Positions 1 to 9,424 of a stretch of DNA of 64,000 nucleotides are shown piece after piece. Both the position numbers and the translations under genes were made by a program. The stretch is from an uncultured Verrucomicrobiae bacterium (lineage in GTDB: Bacteria; Verrucomicrobiota; Verrucomicrobiia; Limisphaerales; J093). The stretch spans positions 21,304 through 85,303 of the forward strand of contig CAWJWM010000014.1 of assembly GCA_963846445.1 (NCBI GenBank), written 5' to 3'. Below the pieces are notes generated by a model that saw only the letters and a program-made list of their open reading frames with translations, was not told the DNA's origin and made no database searches. Numbering within the stretch: the first letter of the stretch is position 1; the number at the start of each line of letters is the position of its first letter.

Positions 1-24
1 TCACTGAGCAGTTCAAAAAGGAAC

Positions 25-178
25 AGGCGGCTCCCCATGAACCTCCCCCGTACCGCCGACCTCCAGGTCGGCACGGTTGCCGGTGGCGTTGTCCGCACGG
101 TGCCGGCTGGAAAGCCGGCGGTACAGGTTCATGTGCGCCGAGCACGGCCTGCCGGGCCAAGGCGGCTCCCCATGAACC
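25..178. repeat. 19-nt direct repeat (25-43 and 160-178, AGGCGGCTCCCCATGAACC) flanking a ~98-nt imperfect hairpin (arms 36-58 and 116-133)
   Basis: Exact 19-mer seen twice. CATGAACCT..GTACCGCCG pairs with CGGCGGTAC.AGGTTCATG apart from a 5-nt bulge. The second copy contains the likely ATG of the first gene. Confidence 0.6.
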
Positions 179-672
179 GCCACTGCAGCACGTTCATCCG
201 CGCCGCCGGCAGGCTTCGGTTTGTCCTCGTACTCTGGGCTCTCTGCGCCTTGCTGCCCGCCGGGTGTCGCACGGTCACGCTGCCTCGAGCCGACTTGCAG
301 GCGCCTGGGTGGTCGGTGCGGCACGGGCAGGCGGTTTGGGCCAAGGCTGCGAACGAGAAAGGCGTGGCGGGCGACATCCTGCTGGCGACCCGCGCGGACG
401 GGGCGTGTTTCGTGCAATTCGCCAAACCGCCATTCACGCTCGCGACAGCGCGAACGGAGGCCGGGCTTTGGTCAGTTGAGACGGCGACTGCGCGCCGGCG
501 ATCGAGCGGAAGGGGCATGGGGCCAAGGCGCTTTGTCTGGTTCGCGCTGGCCGAGGAAATCGACGGGCGGAGGGCGGGCTGCGGCTGGGTTTTCGAAGCG
601 GGGAAGGGGGCCTCATGGCGCCTGAGCAACGCCTCGACAGGCGAAGCGCTCGAGGGCTATCTCACGCCATGA
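172..672 (+). CDS. putative lipoprotein of unknown function, first gene of the lipid cluster
   Basis: ORF 37..672. The internal ATG at 172 is followed by a basic n-region, a hydrophobic stretch and a lipobox-like LLPAGC. The stop overlaps the next start (ATGA at 669-672). Confidence 0.55.
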   Translation: MNRHCSTFIRAAGRLRFVLVLWALCALLPAGCRTVTLPRADLQAPGWSVRHGQAVWAKAANEKGVAGDILLATRADGACFVQFAKPPFTLATARTEAGLWSVETATARRRSSGRGMGPRRFVWFALAEEIDGRRAGCGWVFEAGKGASWRLSNASTGEALEGYLTP

Positions 673-3600
673 AGTTCATCCGCCGGCATTGGGGCTGGGT
701 GCTTGCGGTGGTCACGATCGCTGTGGGGCTTGCGCGCGTGCGCTTGGACACCGAGGTGTTGAACCTTCTGCCGGGCGCCGTGCCGGCGGTTCGCGGATTG
801 CAGCTCTACCAGAAACACTTTGCCAACTCCCGCGAATTGATCGCGACAATCCGCGCGCCGGGCGCGGATGCAGCGGAGACGGCGGCCCGGTTGCTCGCGG
901 AGTCCCTGCGCTGCGAAACCAACCTCGCCGCCAGCGTGGCTTGGCAGCCGCCGTGGCTCGAGCATCCGGAGCAGATGGCGGAGTTCATTGCCTACTTGTG
1001 GCTCAATCAACCCCCGGAAAGTGTTGCCCGGCTGACCAATCGCCTCGCCCCCGACCGCCTTGCCGCGGTGGCCCTCGAGGCGCGCGACCAGCTTGCCGTC
1101 TCGCTGTCGCCCACAGAAATCGCGTGGCTCAGTTACGATCCCTTTGGACTGACGCAACTGCCGGGCGCAGCCACAGCCGACGTGTTGTCTGACAATCGAC
1201 AGGAGGGATTTGCCTCGGCCGACGGCGCCTTCCGCGTCGTGTTCGTCGAGGCCAGGACCGAGTTCCGCAATTATCGCCAGTGCGCCCGCTGGCTTGCGGC
1301 GGTCCGCGCAGTGGCGGACCGCGTCATCGAGTCGCCGGGCTGGCCACCGGGCGTGGTGGTGCGGTACACCGGCTCGCCGGCCTTCGTGGCGGAGATCGCG
1401 ACGAGCATGGCGACCGATATGCGTTTGACCGTGCTTGCGACACTCGCGGTGATCGCGGGGCTTTTCTGGTGGGCGCACCGGAGCTGGCGTCCGCTGTGCT
1501 GGCTTGTGGCGATGCTGCTGCTCGTGATGGCGGGGGCGCTCGCGGCCTGCGGCTTCGTGTTCGGCACGCTGAACGCCGTCAGCCTCGGCTTCGGAGCGAT
1601 CCTGGCAGGGCTGGCGGTGGATTATGGGCTGGTGGTCTACCAAGAAGCCGCTGCGCGCCCTCACCTGACGCCGTCCGAAGTGCGTCGACCGCTCCTGCCT
1701 GCGTTGACGTGGTCGGCCCTCACGACGGCAGCGGCTTTCCTCCTGCTGAACTTCGCCGGCCTGCCGGGACTGTCGCAACTCGGCACGCTGGTGGGCGTGG
1801 GCGTGTTGCTGACGCCGCTGGTGATGCTGTTCGTGTTTCTGCCGCTGGTTTCGCGCAGGCTAAAGGACCGCCTCCACGGAGGCCCGGTGGCGGCGCCAGC
1901 GCCTCGAGCGCGCCGGTAACCTGGCGATCTGCCGGGTCGCGACGGTCCTTGCGGCGGGTGTTGCCCTGGTCGTGCTTTGGCAAACCGGAGTTCGCGTCGA
2001 TCGGGGAACCGGTGCGCTCGAACCGCGGAACATCCCGGCCAGCGCGGCGCTGCACGAGCTTCGCGATGAGCTGAGCCGAGACGGCGAACCGCTGCTGGTC
2101 GTCGTTTCCGGGAATGACGAGTCTGAGGTCGCGCAGAGCTTGGGTGCTCTCGAGACGCCACCTCGGGCGCGCACTCGCTGGCGGCGCGCAATTCAACCTG
2201 AGGCTGCCCACCGCGCTCTGGCCGCAACCCGGATTGGCAACGGACCAACAAGGCGGCTGTCCTCGAGTTGGTGAAGCGGACGGAGGCGCTGCGCGCCGCA
2301 GCCAGCGAGGCTGGGTTCACGCCCGAGGCGATGGCGCTGACGGAGCGCCTGCTGGGCGTCTGGGGCAACAGCGCCTCTGTCATGGCCGGCGGGTGGCCGA
2401 CGAACGAGTGCTGCCGCTGGCTTCTCGATCGAGCGACAGCCCGAAGCGGCAGCAAGTGGCTGGCCGTTGGCGCCATTTATCCAAAGTCGGATTCACCCGC
2501 GCTCCTGGCGGCGCGACTCGACCCGCATCTGCCGGGGGTCTGGCTGACGGGGTGGACCCTGCTGGGCGAGAGCCTCGTGGGGCACGTCGAGCGGCGCGTG
2601 TTCTGGGTGGCGTTGGCCATCGTGATGGTGGTGGCGCTGTTCCTCTGGCTTGCCTTCCGGCGCTGGGCGGAAGTTGTGATCGGCCTGGGCGCGCTTGGTT
2701 TCACGTTGCTCGTGCTGCAAGCCGTGATGAGTGCCGCGGGGGTCGCCTGGAACCTGATGAGTCTGGCGGCGGTGCCGCTGCTGCTCGGAGCGGGGGTGGA
2801 CTACGGCATCCACGTCCAGATGGCTCTGCGCCGTCACCGCGGCGATCTTGCCGCCATGAGGCGAATCACGGGGCGGGCACTTCTTCTGTGCGCCGCGACC
2901 ACCATAGCCGGATTCGGCTCGAACGCGCTCTCCAGCAATCCCGGCCTCGCGAGCCTCGGTTTGGTATGCGCCCTCGGCATCGCTGCGGCCTACGTCACCG
3001 TGGTCTTTCTGGTGCCGGCCTGGTGGACGCTTCTCTGCCCGGCGAGCCAGTCGACGCCGAACGACCCGGACTGCCTGGCGCGACCTTCCGCCACCTACGG
3101 TCCGAAGGTGTGGCGACTTGGATTTGTCGCCGTCCGGCTGTTGCCACGCCCGGTGTGCCGCGCCATCGGAAAGCTCGGTGCGTCGGCCTACCGGTGGTTG
3201 CGTCCGGAGCGACTCCGGGTGATCGAAGAGAATCTGCTTCCGGTGTTTGGCGGCGACCAACACGCAGCGGGCTCGGGCGCGCGACGGCTGTTGTCCAATT
3301 TCTCGGCCAAAATCACCGACCTGTGGCGGCATGAGAGCGGCGCTGCCACCGGGATCGCCCTGTCGCACTGGAGCGGCTACGAGATTTTCAAGGCCGCACT
3401 CGAACGCAAGCAAGGCGTGCTGCTGGTGACACCGCACCTGGGCAACTGGGAGATTGGCGGATGGCTGCTCGCGCAGAGAGGCGTCCGACTCCTCGTGCTC
3501 ACCCAACCCGAACCGGGCCTCGGCTTTACCGAACTGCGCCAGCAGGCCCGCGCGCGCTGGGGCGTTGAAACGCTCGTGATCGGGCAGGACGCCTTCGCGT

Positions 3601-3986
3601 TCGTCGAAGTCATTCAACGTTTGCAGGAAGGCGCGGTTGTGGCGCTGTTGGTGGACCGTCCGCCGCCGCCCACGGCGGTGACAGTCGAGTTCTTCGGCCG
3701 TCCCTTCCAGGCCTCGATCGCCCCGGCGGAACTCGCGCGCGCCTCGGGTTGCGCGCTGGTGCCAGTTTATGTGGTCGCGGACGCAGACGCCTACGCCGCC
3801 CACGTCCTGCCGGAAATCGCGTACGACCGTCGCGCCATCGGCGAGCGCGAGGCGCGGCGGCGGTTGGCGGGGGAAATCCTGCGTGCCTTCGAGCCGGTCA
3901 TCCGGCAGCATGCCGACCAGTGGTATCACTTCGTCCCGTTGTGGGGCGAAGGCGCGTCGAAGATCAAAGACCGAGAATCCGAATGA
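669..3986 (+). pseudogene. MMPL/RND-superfamily exporter fused in frame to a lysophospholipid (LpxL/HtrB-like) acyltransferase; three apparent +1 frameshifts near 1890, 2160 and 2230
   Basis: The N-terminal half (669-1919) and the ORF 2268-3986 both have MMPL-like TM bundles (GAGVDYGIH, AGLAVDYGLVVY). The protein-like reading path jumps frame 0>1>2>0 between 1864 and 2268 (ARWRRQRLERAGNLAICRV.., ..FNLRLPTALWPQP, DWQRTNKAAVLELVKR). The C-terminal ~300 aa has LPLAT motifs (LVTPHLGNWE). Confidence 0.75.
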
Positions 3987-4672
3987 CACCCTCCGAAAGC
4001 CGCCCGTTCCCTGGCGTGGTCTTGCTTGCGTGCCTGCTCGCGTCGCCGGGCCTCCGCGCGGCGGACACCAATGCGGTGCTCGATGCCTGGCTCGCTGCGC
4101 AGACGAACATCACCACCTGGACGGCGGAGTTCGTGCAGACCCGCTGGTTCAGGGCGCTCAACCAACCGCTGGTGTCCACCGGACGGGTGTGGTTTGCCAG
4201 GCCGAATCGTTATCGCTGGGAACTGGGCGTTCCCGCGCAGACCATCGCTGTCCGGGACGGCCAGCAGCTCCAGGTGATCTACCCGCGCCTCAAACGGGTC
4301 GAGCAATACTCGCTGGATGCCATCCGATCCGGCCCGATGAGCGAGGCGCTCGGCTTGCTGGACGCCGGTTTCCCCAAGGACCGCGCCGATTTCGACTCCC
4401 GCTTCCGAGTCCGTTCTGTTCGGTCCACCGATCAGGCCTGGCAGATCGAACTCGAACCGTCGAGCGCATCGGCGCGGCGCATGATGTCCGCGATCCGCGT
4501 CACGCTGGCGGCCGATCATTTCACTTTGCTCGCGAACGAAATCCAGTTGCCCGACGGGTCGCGAATGCGAAGCGAATATCGGGGCGCGGCGATGAACCAG
4601 AGCTTTCCAGGCGAGACTTTCGCGCCCGCCATCGGGCCTGATTTCACGATCACCAAGCCGCTTACGCCATGA
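3983..4672 (+). CDS. LolA-like outer-membrane lipoprotein carrier family protein
   Basis: ATG at 3983 overlaps the upstream stop (ATGA). Signal peptide VVLLACLLASPGLRA. Length and pattern are typical of the LolA-like proteins found in aryl-polyene-type clusters. Confidence 0.65.
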   Translation: MTPSESRPFPGVVLLACLLASPGLRAADTNAVLDAWLAAQTNITTWTAEFVQTRWFRALNQPLVSTGRVWFARPNRYRWELGVPAQTIAVRDGQQLQVIYPRLKRVEQYSLDAIRSGPMSEALGLLDAGFPKDRADFDSRFRVRSVRSTDQAWQIELEPSSASARRMMSAIRVTLAADHFTLLANEIQLPDGSRMRSEYRGAAMNQSFPGETFAPAIGPDFTITKPLTP

Positions 4673-5148
4673 CCCACGCCCACGTCGGTCTCGCTGAGGC
4701 TCTGCAATTGCTGCCGCACGGGGCCGAGTTTCGCTTTCTGGACCGCCTCTTGCGCCTGACGCCCGGAAAGGAGGCGGCAGCCGAGTACCGGGTGCGCGGC
4801 GACGAACCGTTTCTGCGTGGTCATTTCCCCGGGCAACCGCTGATGCCCGGAGTGCTCCTGATCGAGGCTGGCGCCCAGCTTGCCGGGATTGTGGCGCAGA
4901 CCGATCCGGGAATCGGGCCGCTGGCGGACTTGAAGCTCACAGCCGTCCGCGCCGCAAAGATCACCGGCTCGGCGCAGCCCGGAGACACGATTCAGATTGT
5001 CGCGCGCGTCACGGGCCGGTTGGGACCTCTCATCCAGGGGGAAGTGGAGGTCACGTTGACCGGGAGGCCGCTGTTGAAAGCGACCCTGGCCCTGAGCGGT
5101 GTCAGCGCCGGACTGCGGGACACCATCACGCGCAACCAACACGGGTAA
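4669..5148 (+). CDS. FabZ/FabA-like 3-hydroxyacyl-ACP dehydratase (hotdog fold)
   Basis: Motif FLRGHFPGQPLMPGVLLIEAGAQ. ATGA overlap with the upstream gene. Confidence 0.85.
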   Translation: MTHAHVGLAEALQLLPHGAEFRFLDRLLRLTPGKEAAAEYRVRGDEPFLRGHFPGQPLMPGVLLIEAGAQLAGIVAQTDPGIGPLADLKLTAVRAAKITGSAQPGDTIQIVARVTGRLGPLIQGEVEVTLTGRPLLKATLALSGVSAGLRDTITRNQHG

Positions 5149-5221
5149 CCGGGCCGGGCCGGGCCTGCCTGCCGCGACGGCCGCGCCGCAGTCCGGGGAC
5201 GCGGAGCACGGCCCCAAAAGC

Positions 5222-6489
5222 TCACACAAATGCGCTTCGCCACTGGGCGCGGGCGATCTTGCCGCGGGCGTTGGTCAGGGACTCGTTCTGGATGCGCCAG
5301 AGCCGCGGCACCTGCCATGCCGGCAGACGCTCGATGAGGAACTGGCGCAGGGCGTCTTCCGTCACGCGTGCATCGCACACGACCACCGCCGCGATGGTCT
5401 CCTCGCGGGCATCGGGCCGCAACACGCCAAGCACAACCGCTTCGCGCACCTCGGGATGCCGCAGCAACTCGCGCTCGATCGATTCCGGCGCCACCTTGCG
5501 TCCCGGCGACATGAATGACATCGCCGGCGCGGCCCGTGACATAGACCCGGTCGCTTCGAATGCTCCCCAGGTCGCAGGTGCGGAAGACTCCTCCGCGAAG
5601 CGCCGGGGCCGGTTCCGGCCAGTACCCCTCCGCCACAGCGCGCCCGCGCACTTCGAGACACCCGTCCTCCGCGACCGCCAGCCGGACGTGATCGACCGGC
5701 GCGCCCGCGAGCGCAGCCTCCTGTCGCGGTGTGCTGGTGGCATCGTAGGCGATCCCGCCGCACTCGGAGGATCCGTAGAAATTGTGAATCTTGATTCCCG
5801 TGGCCTGATAAACAGCGTCCTCCAACGCGATTGGCAGCGGGGCGCCGGCGGAGATGGCCAGCCGAACGTTCGGCGGAATGACCTTCGCTTCGTGCCACGT
5901 GCGCCAGAGCGCAGGCACGGCGGGGAGCGTCAGTGCGGCTTCACCTCGTGCGGCCAGGCGGATCGCCTCTGGCAGGGCCGACCGCGCCCAGGATGAGCGG
6001 AATCCCGTGCAGCAGGAGCGGGGTAACGAGGTTCGAGAAGCCATACGAGTGTGCCAGGGAAATGACGCCGAGGTTCGGCCACTCGGGCCGCAAGCCCATC
6101 GTCCGGGTAAGGTTCGCGGCATCGGCGGCCAGTTGCCCGGCCGTGAACGCGATCAGACGCGGGCGCCCCGTGGTCGCCGACGTCGTCTTGACGTGGACAA
6201 TCGGCGCGTCCGGCCACGGGACGTCGGGGCGCGGTTGGTCCGGTTCGAGAGGGCAGACGATCTGGCCGGATCGCCAGGCGCGGAGCACAGTGAGGATGAA
6301 GTCGGCACCCGCGCCCTGCGGGAACACGGCCGGACCGGGTTCGTTCGAGCCGCTCTCGGCGTGCGCCGCCAGTTCGGCAAAGGTCCAACGCACATCGGAA
6401 GCGAGATCGCGCAGGGCGAACTCATGCCGATACTCGTGTGCCACCGTCCGCCAACGTTCGTAGAGCGTTGTCATCTTCCTTATCCACAA
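5222..6489 (-). pseudogene. AMP-dependent synthetase/ligase (acyl-ACP/CoA synthetase-like); two apparent +1 frameshifts near 5983 and 5501
   Basis: Three consecutive minus-strand frames carry TSATTGRPRL (AMP-binding motif), YGSSECGG and GRAGDVIHVAG followed by RKVAPESIERELLRHPEV. Confidence 0.8.
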
Positions 6490-6771
6490 CCGGCGAAACG
6501 CGCCTCACAGCATCCCAGATACGATCCTGGCAGGCAACCTGCGGCATCGCCTTCGGTTCCGGCGCCTCGCTGCACAGAATCCTTGAAGAACCGGACGGAT
6601 CGAGGGAAAACACGACCTGGCCCGATCGCCAGGAACTCGCGGTTTTACAGAGGAATCACCGGGATGCACTCAGACCGTCGACCCTGACGACCCGCCCCCG
6701 CGAGGTCGCGGGGCACCGGCTCCCATCGGATGGGAGAGGGACGGGGTGAGGGGTCGCTGTAGCGTATCCTC

Positions 6772-7556
6772 GTGACTAGATTCAGAAAGAGGTTCCAGCC
6801 TGCCGGTCCGACTCCGATGCCGCAAGCAGTGAACATGTCGTCGCCGTGCCGATTCGACTTCGAGCGCGACACGTTCGCTTTCGCCAATGAACTGATCTGC
6901 GAGTATCAGTTCGATCCTGCCGGCGGACGCCCGAAACTCACTGGCGCGGCAGCCGCGCCCCGACTTTGCGCTGCGGTGTTTTGGCATGGTGCGCGCCGCC
7001 CGGGCGTTTCTTCTACCATGCCGATTTCCAGCCCCAAGAGGCGCCGATCGAGGAACCGGATTACCGACGGTCCATCCGTCACGTCATGACCCAAAACCCG
7101 CGCGTGCCGTCCACGCCGGGACACCGCGTGGCCTTTCCCGGTTTCGCCGGGCTCCGCGCGTTCAGCAAGGCGCACGAGGCTCTGCTGAAGACCGAGTGCG
7201 GCGGCGCCTGGCGATCGTACGTCCTGCGGAGCCATTGGCGCATGGTGCTGCCGATCTCGCGGGCGCACCAGGCCCGGACAGCGCAGAAACTCCAGGAGCG
7301 ACTGGCCCAGGGTGGGGCACCCATCGTTCATCTGGTGCGTTTTCCGCAACTCACGATCAATCACGGGATGCTCCTCATTTCCGCCGAGGCGGGCCGGGGT
7401 GAAAGCCGTTTTGCGGCCTACGACCCCAACGATCCATCGCGCCCGGCCACGCTGGTGTTCAACGAACAGTCTGGCTCCTTCTGGCTGCCGCCCAACCGCT
7501 ATTGGCCCGGCGGAGTGCTCGATGTGCTCGAGATTTGTCGGAGCTGGTGGTTTTAG
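6772..7556 (+). pseudogene. conserved hypothetical protein; two apparent +1 frameshifts near 6958 and 7010; start uncertain (ATG 6817 or 6835 possible)
   Basis: The protein-like path runs through FERDTFAFANELICEYQFDP (frame 1), PDFALRCFGMVRAARAF (frame 2), then FYHADFQP...VLDVLEICRSWWF (frame 0). The TAG stop lies inside repeat F. Confidence 0.5.
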
Positions 7557-7643
7557 CGAGGCTGCGCCTCAGACCGACGAGGCGCGTGAACCACTCGTCT
7601 GCGCTGGGCGCTCACCAGCATCACCGGCGCCCGACGCCTCGCT
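7555..7643 (+). repeat. module F (89 nt, bounded by AGCGAGGC...GCCTCGCT inverted termini)
   Basis: Homologous to 10829-10917 (reverse) and 45835-45916. It begins inside the stop codon TAG 7554-7556. Confidence 0.8.
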
Positions 7644-7653
7644 CAGGGGCCCC

Positions 7654-7713
7654 GCTGCGCGGCGCAAAAACTTGACTCATTGACAACGGATTTCAAAAGG
7701 AGAGTCACTCCAG
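7654..7713 (-). repeat. module X (TTGACTCATTGACAAC...GTCACTC unit)
   Basis: The plus strand reads GCGCGGCGCAAAAACTTGACTCATTGACAACGGATTTCAAAAGGAGAGTCACTCCAG. Other copies are at 36478, 40748 and 63373. Confidence 0.8.
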
Positions 7714-7723
7714 ATCCGAAATA

Positions 7724-7755
7724 TTTCCGCTCCTGCGTCGCGGAAAGATGCGGCC
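7724..7755 (-). repeat. module E, hairpin 2 only (CTTTCCGC..GCGGAAAG)
   Basis: TTTCCGCTCCTGCGTCGCGGAAAGATGCGGCC is the reverse complement of part of 9231-9264. Confidence 0.7.
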
Positions 7756-7787
7756 ACGGATGGAACACGGATCGAACACGGATTAGA
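7755..7787 (+). repeat. 3 x 11-nt tandem repeat CACGGATNGAA
   Basis: CACGGATGGAA CACGGATCGAA CACGGATTAGA. Confidence 0.8.
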
Positions 7788-7885
7788 CAAAGTGTTTGGC
7801 ATCGTTAATCGAAGGCCGTTTTCGGTCACTGGTCAGTGGCTCCAAAACGGTCTGGCGAACGGATCGCAAGCGACTCAATCTGTGG

Positions 7886-8269
7886 TCAATCCGTGTTTGG
7901 TCCGTGGCTTTGATTGAATGGACACGACGAAGTCCGTTTGGGTCCCCAGAAGGCTCCGCCGAAAAAGACCAGACCGCACAGATTGATGCCGGCGATATAA
8001 CCCAGTTTGTAGCTGCGCCCGGAATTGTGCGCCCCGTAGATGCTCACGTCGTGACCCATCACCAGGGCGGGCAGAGCCATCGGCATGCAAGCCCCGTGCG
8101 CCATTCCCCACAGAAAGCCGAACCGTTTCTCGACGGGATAAAGCCGGGGCCCCGCCCAGGCATAGATCCAGCCGAGCAACAGGCCGATCACGAACAGCCT
8201 TGCTGCGCCCAGAAACCAGCGGCGCAGTGCGCGCGGACGAACCAGGCTCTCGAATCGGGGTAGCGGCAT
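7886..8269 (-). CDS. small integral membrane protein, unknown function
   Basis: ORF 7886..8299. The ATG at 8269 lies 1 nt after the GT2 stop, which suggests coupling. Three or four hydrophobic segments. Confidence 0.55.
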   Translation of the reverse strand: MPLPRFESLVRPRALRRWFLGAARLFVIGLLLGWIYAWAGPRLYPVEKRFGFLWGMAHGACMPMALPALVMGHDVSIYGAHNSGRSYKLGYIAGINLCGLVFFGGAFWGPKRTSSCPFNQSHGPNTD

Positions 8270-8270
8270 C

Positions 8271-8990
8271 TCAGACGGTGCGGGGCAGGCTCCGGCCAAC
8301 CGGATGGCGCGCCGGTCGGGTCGCCTCTCGCCACCAGCGCACCCAGCGCAGGGTGTCGGGGATCGCGCGAATCCGGCTGGGCCGCGCCGATTGAATCACC
8401 GGCACGGACACGAACTCGATGCGGAATCCGGCCCGGGCGAAGGCCAGGATGATCTCCGACTCGATTTCGAAATGATCGCATTCAATCCGGAGCCGGCTCC
8501 ACACATCCAGCCGCAACAGACGGAATCCGCATTGGGAATCGGGCAGCGGCAGGCTCGCCAGACGCGAAAGCTGGCGGCTCATCCACCGGTTCACGGCGCG
8601 ACGCACCCAGGGCATTCGCGCGGCGTCGGCAGTGCGGTTGCCAACGACCAGCGCAGCGCCCGTGTTGACCGCCCGTTCCATGAATGCAGGGATCTCCTGA
8701 GGCGAATGCTGGCCATCGCCATCGAGGGTGATTGCCCAACGAAAGCCCAGCGCGCTGGCCCGCGCGAGGCCGGTGCGCAGCGCGGCGCCCTTGCCCAGAT
8801 TGCGCTGGTGCCGTTCCACCCTGGCTCCCGCGGCAAGCGCCACGGAGCCGGTTAAGTCCGTCGATCCGTCGTCCACGACGATGACGCTGGGCACATAAGC
8901 GCGCGCGCGCTCCACCAGCGCGCCGATGGCAGCGGCCTCGTTCCAGCAAGGAATCACGACAACATGCGCGACGGCGGAGTCCACAGCCAC
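8271..8990 (-). CDS. family 2 glycosyltransferase
   Basis: VVIPCWNEAAAI, VVDDGSTD, TLDGDGQH and QCGFRL motifs. GTG start. Confidence 0.85.
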   Translation of the reverse strand: MAVDSAVAHVVVIPCWNEAAAIGALVERARAYVPSVIVVDDGSTDLTGSVALAAGARVERHQRNLGKGAALRTGLARASALGFRWAITLDGDGQHSPQEIPAFMERAVNTGAALVVGNRTADAARMPWVRRAVNRWMSRQLSRLASLPLPDSQCGFRLLRLDVWSRLRIECDHFEIESEIILAFARAGFRIEFVSVPVIQSARPSRIRAIPDTLRWVRWWREATRPARHPVGRSLPRTV

Positions 8991-9094
8991 ACGCTAGGTT
9001 CTTGCCGGCGGACTGTCGATCACATGTTGGCGGCAAAGGCTGATGGACCCACAACAAAGAACCTCTTATACAGAGCGACATCAATGATGCAGCG

Positions 9095-9149
9095 CCGGGT
9101 CAGGGGACCCGGCCTACAAGTCTGTAGGCCGCGTGCCCTCACGCGGCGC
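9095..9149 (+). repeat. module G (three consecutive short hairpins incl. GGCCTACA..TGTAGGCC and GCGTG..CACGC)
   Basis: Homologous to 13500-13569. A partial copy is at 18300-18325. Confidence 0.75.
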
Positions 9150-9195
9150 GACTTCTGACGCCGTGCATGGCCCCTTGTCGGAAAACATCCACCAA

Positions 9196-9264
9196 CATGT
9201 TGTGGATCCCGCTCGAGCCCCGCGCAGCGGGGCCGCATCTTTCCGCGACGCAGGAGCGGAAAGA
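9196..9264 (+). repeat. module E (three hairpins: ATCCAC..GTGGAT, GCCCCGC..GCGGGGC, TCTTTCCGC..GCGGAAAGA)
   Basis: Homologous to 57091-57172. Partial or inverted copies are at 7724 and 36441. Confidence 0.8.
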
Positions 9265-9267
9265 TCT

Positions 9268-9332
9268 AGAATCCTTGACCGGTGAAATGTGTTGTGGCCA
9301 AGTCAAGTTTTGGCGCCGCGCAGCGGCGCTCC
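9268..9332 (+). repeat. module B, left half plus X-like tail (AGAATCCTTGACC...AAGTCAAGTTTTGGCGCCGCGCAGCGGCGC)
   Basis: Aligns to 63212-63260 and, in its tail, to the reverse complement of module X. Confidence 0.75.
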
Positions 9333-9334
9333 TT

Positions 9335-9399
9335 AGCGAGGCGTCGACTGCCGGTTCATGATGTCGAAGATTGGGATTTGGTCTGAGGCGCGCCTCGCT
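9335..9399 (-). repeat. module A, internally deleted copy
   Basis: AGCGAGGCG..TTCATGATGTCGAAGATTGGGATTTGGTCTGAGGCGCGCCTCGCT, 25 nt upstream of the radical SAM start codon. Confidence 0.8.
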
Positions 9400-9424
9400 A
9401 AGCGTCGAGTCTGATTCGCGTCCA

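Noticed and set aside
9361-9417. The small ORF MMSKIG(I/V/F)WSEARLA.. encoded by every module A copy (9361, 36811 minus, 44785 minus, 63334), as a possible multi-copy micropeptide gene.
   Set aside because: Only the first ~14 codons are shared. The continuation and length differ in every copy, and one copy has a 1-nt difference that changes the frame. The conservation extends equally into the non-coding flank, so it is better explained at the DNA/RNA level. Kept only as part of the module A finding.
8991-9424. A cobalamin riboswitch upstream of the B12-binding radical SAM gene, and likewise upstream of the URO-D-like gene at 27677-27887.
   Set aside because: No B12-box-like core (GCCACTG-type) or the expected multi-stem layout was visible. 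The first region is fully accounted for by repeat modules G, E, B and A.
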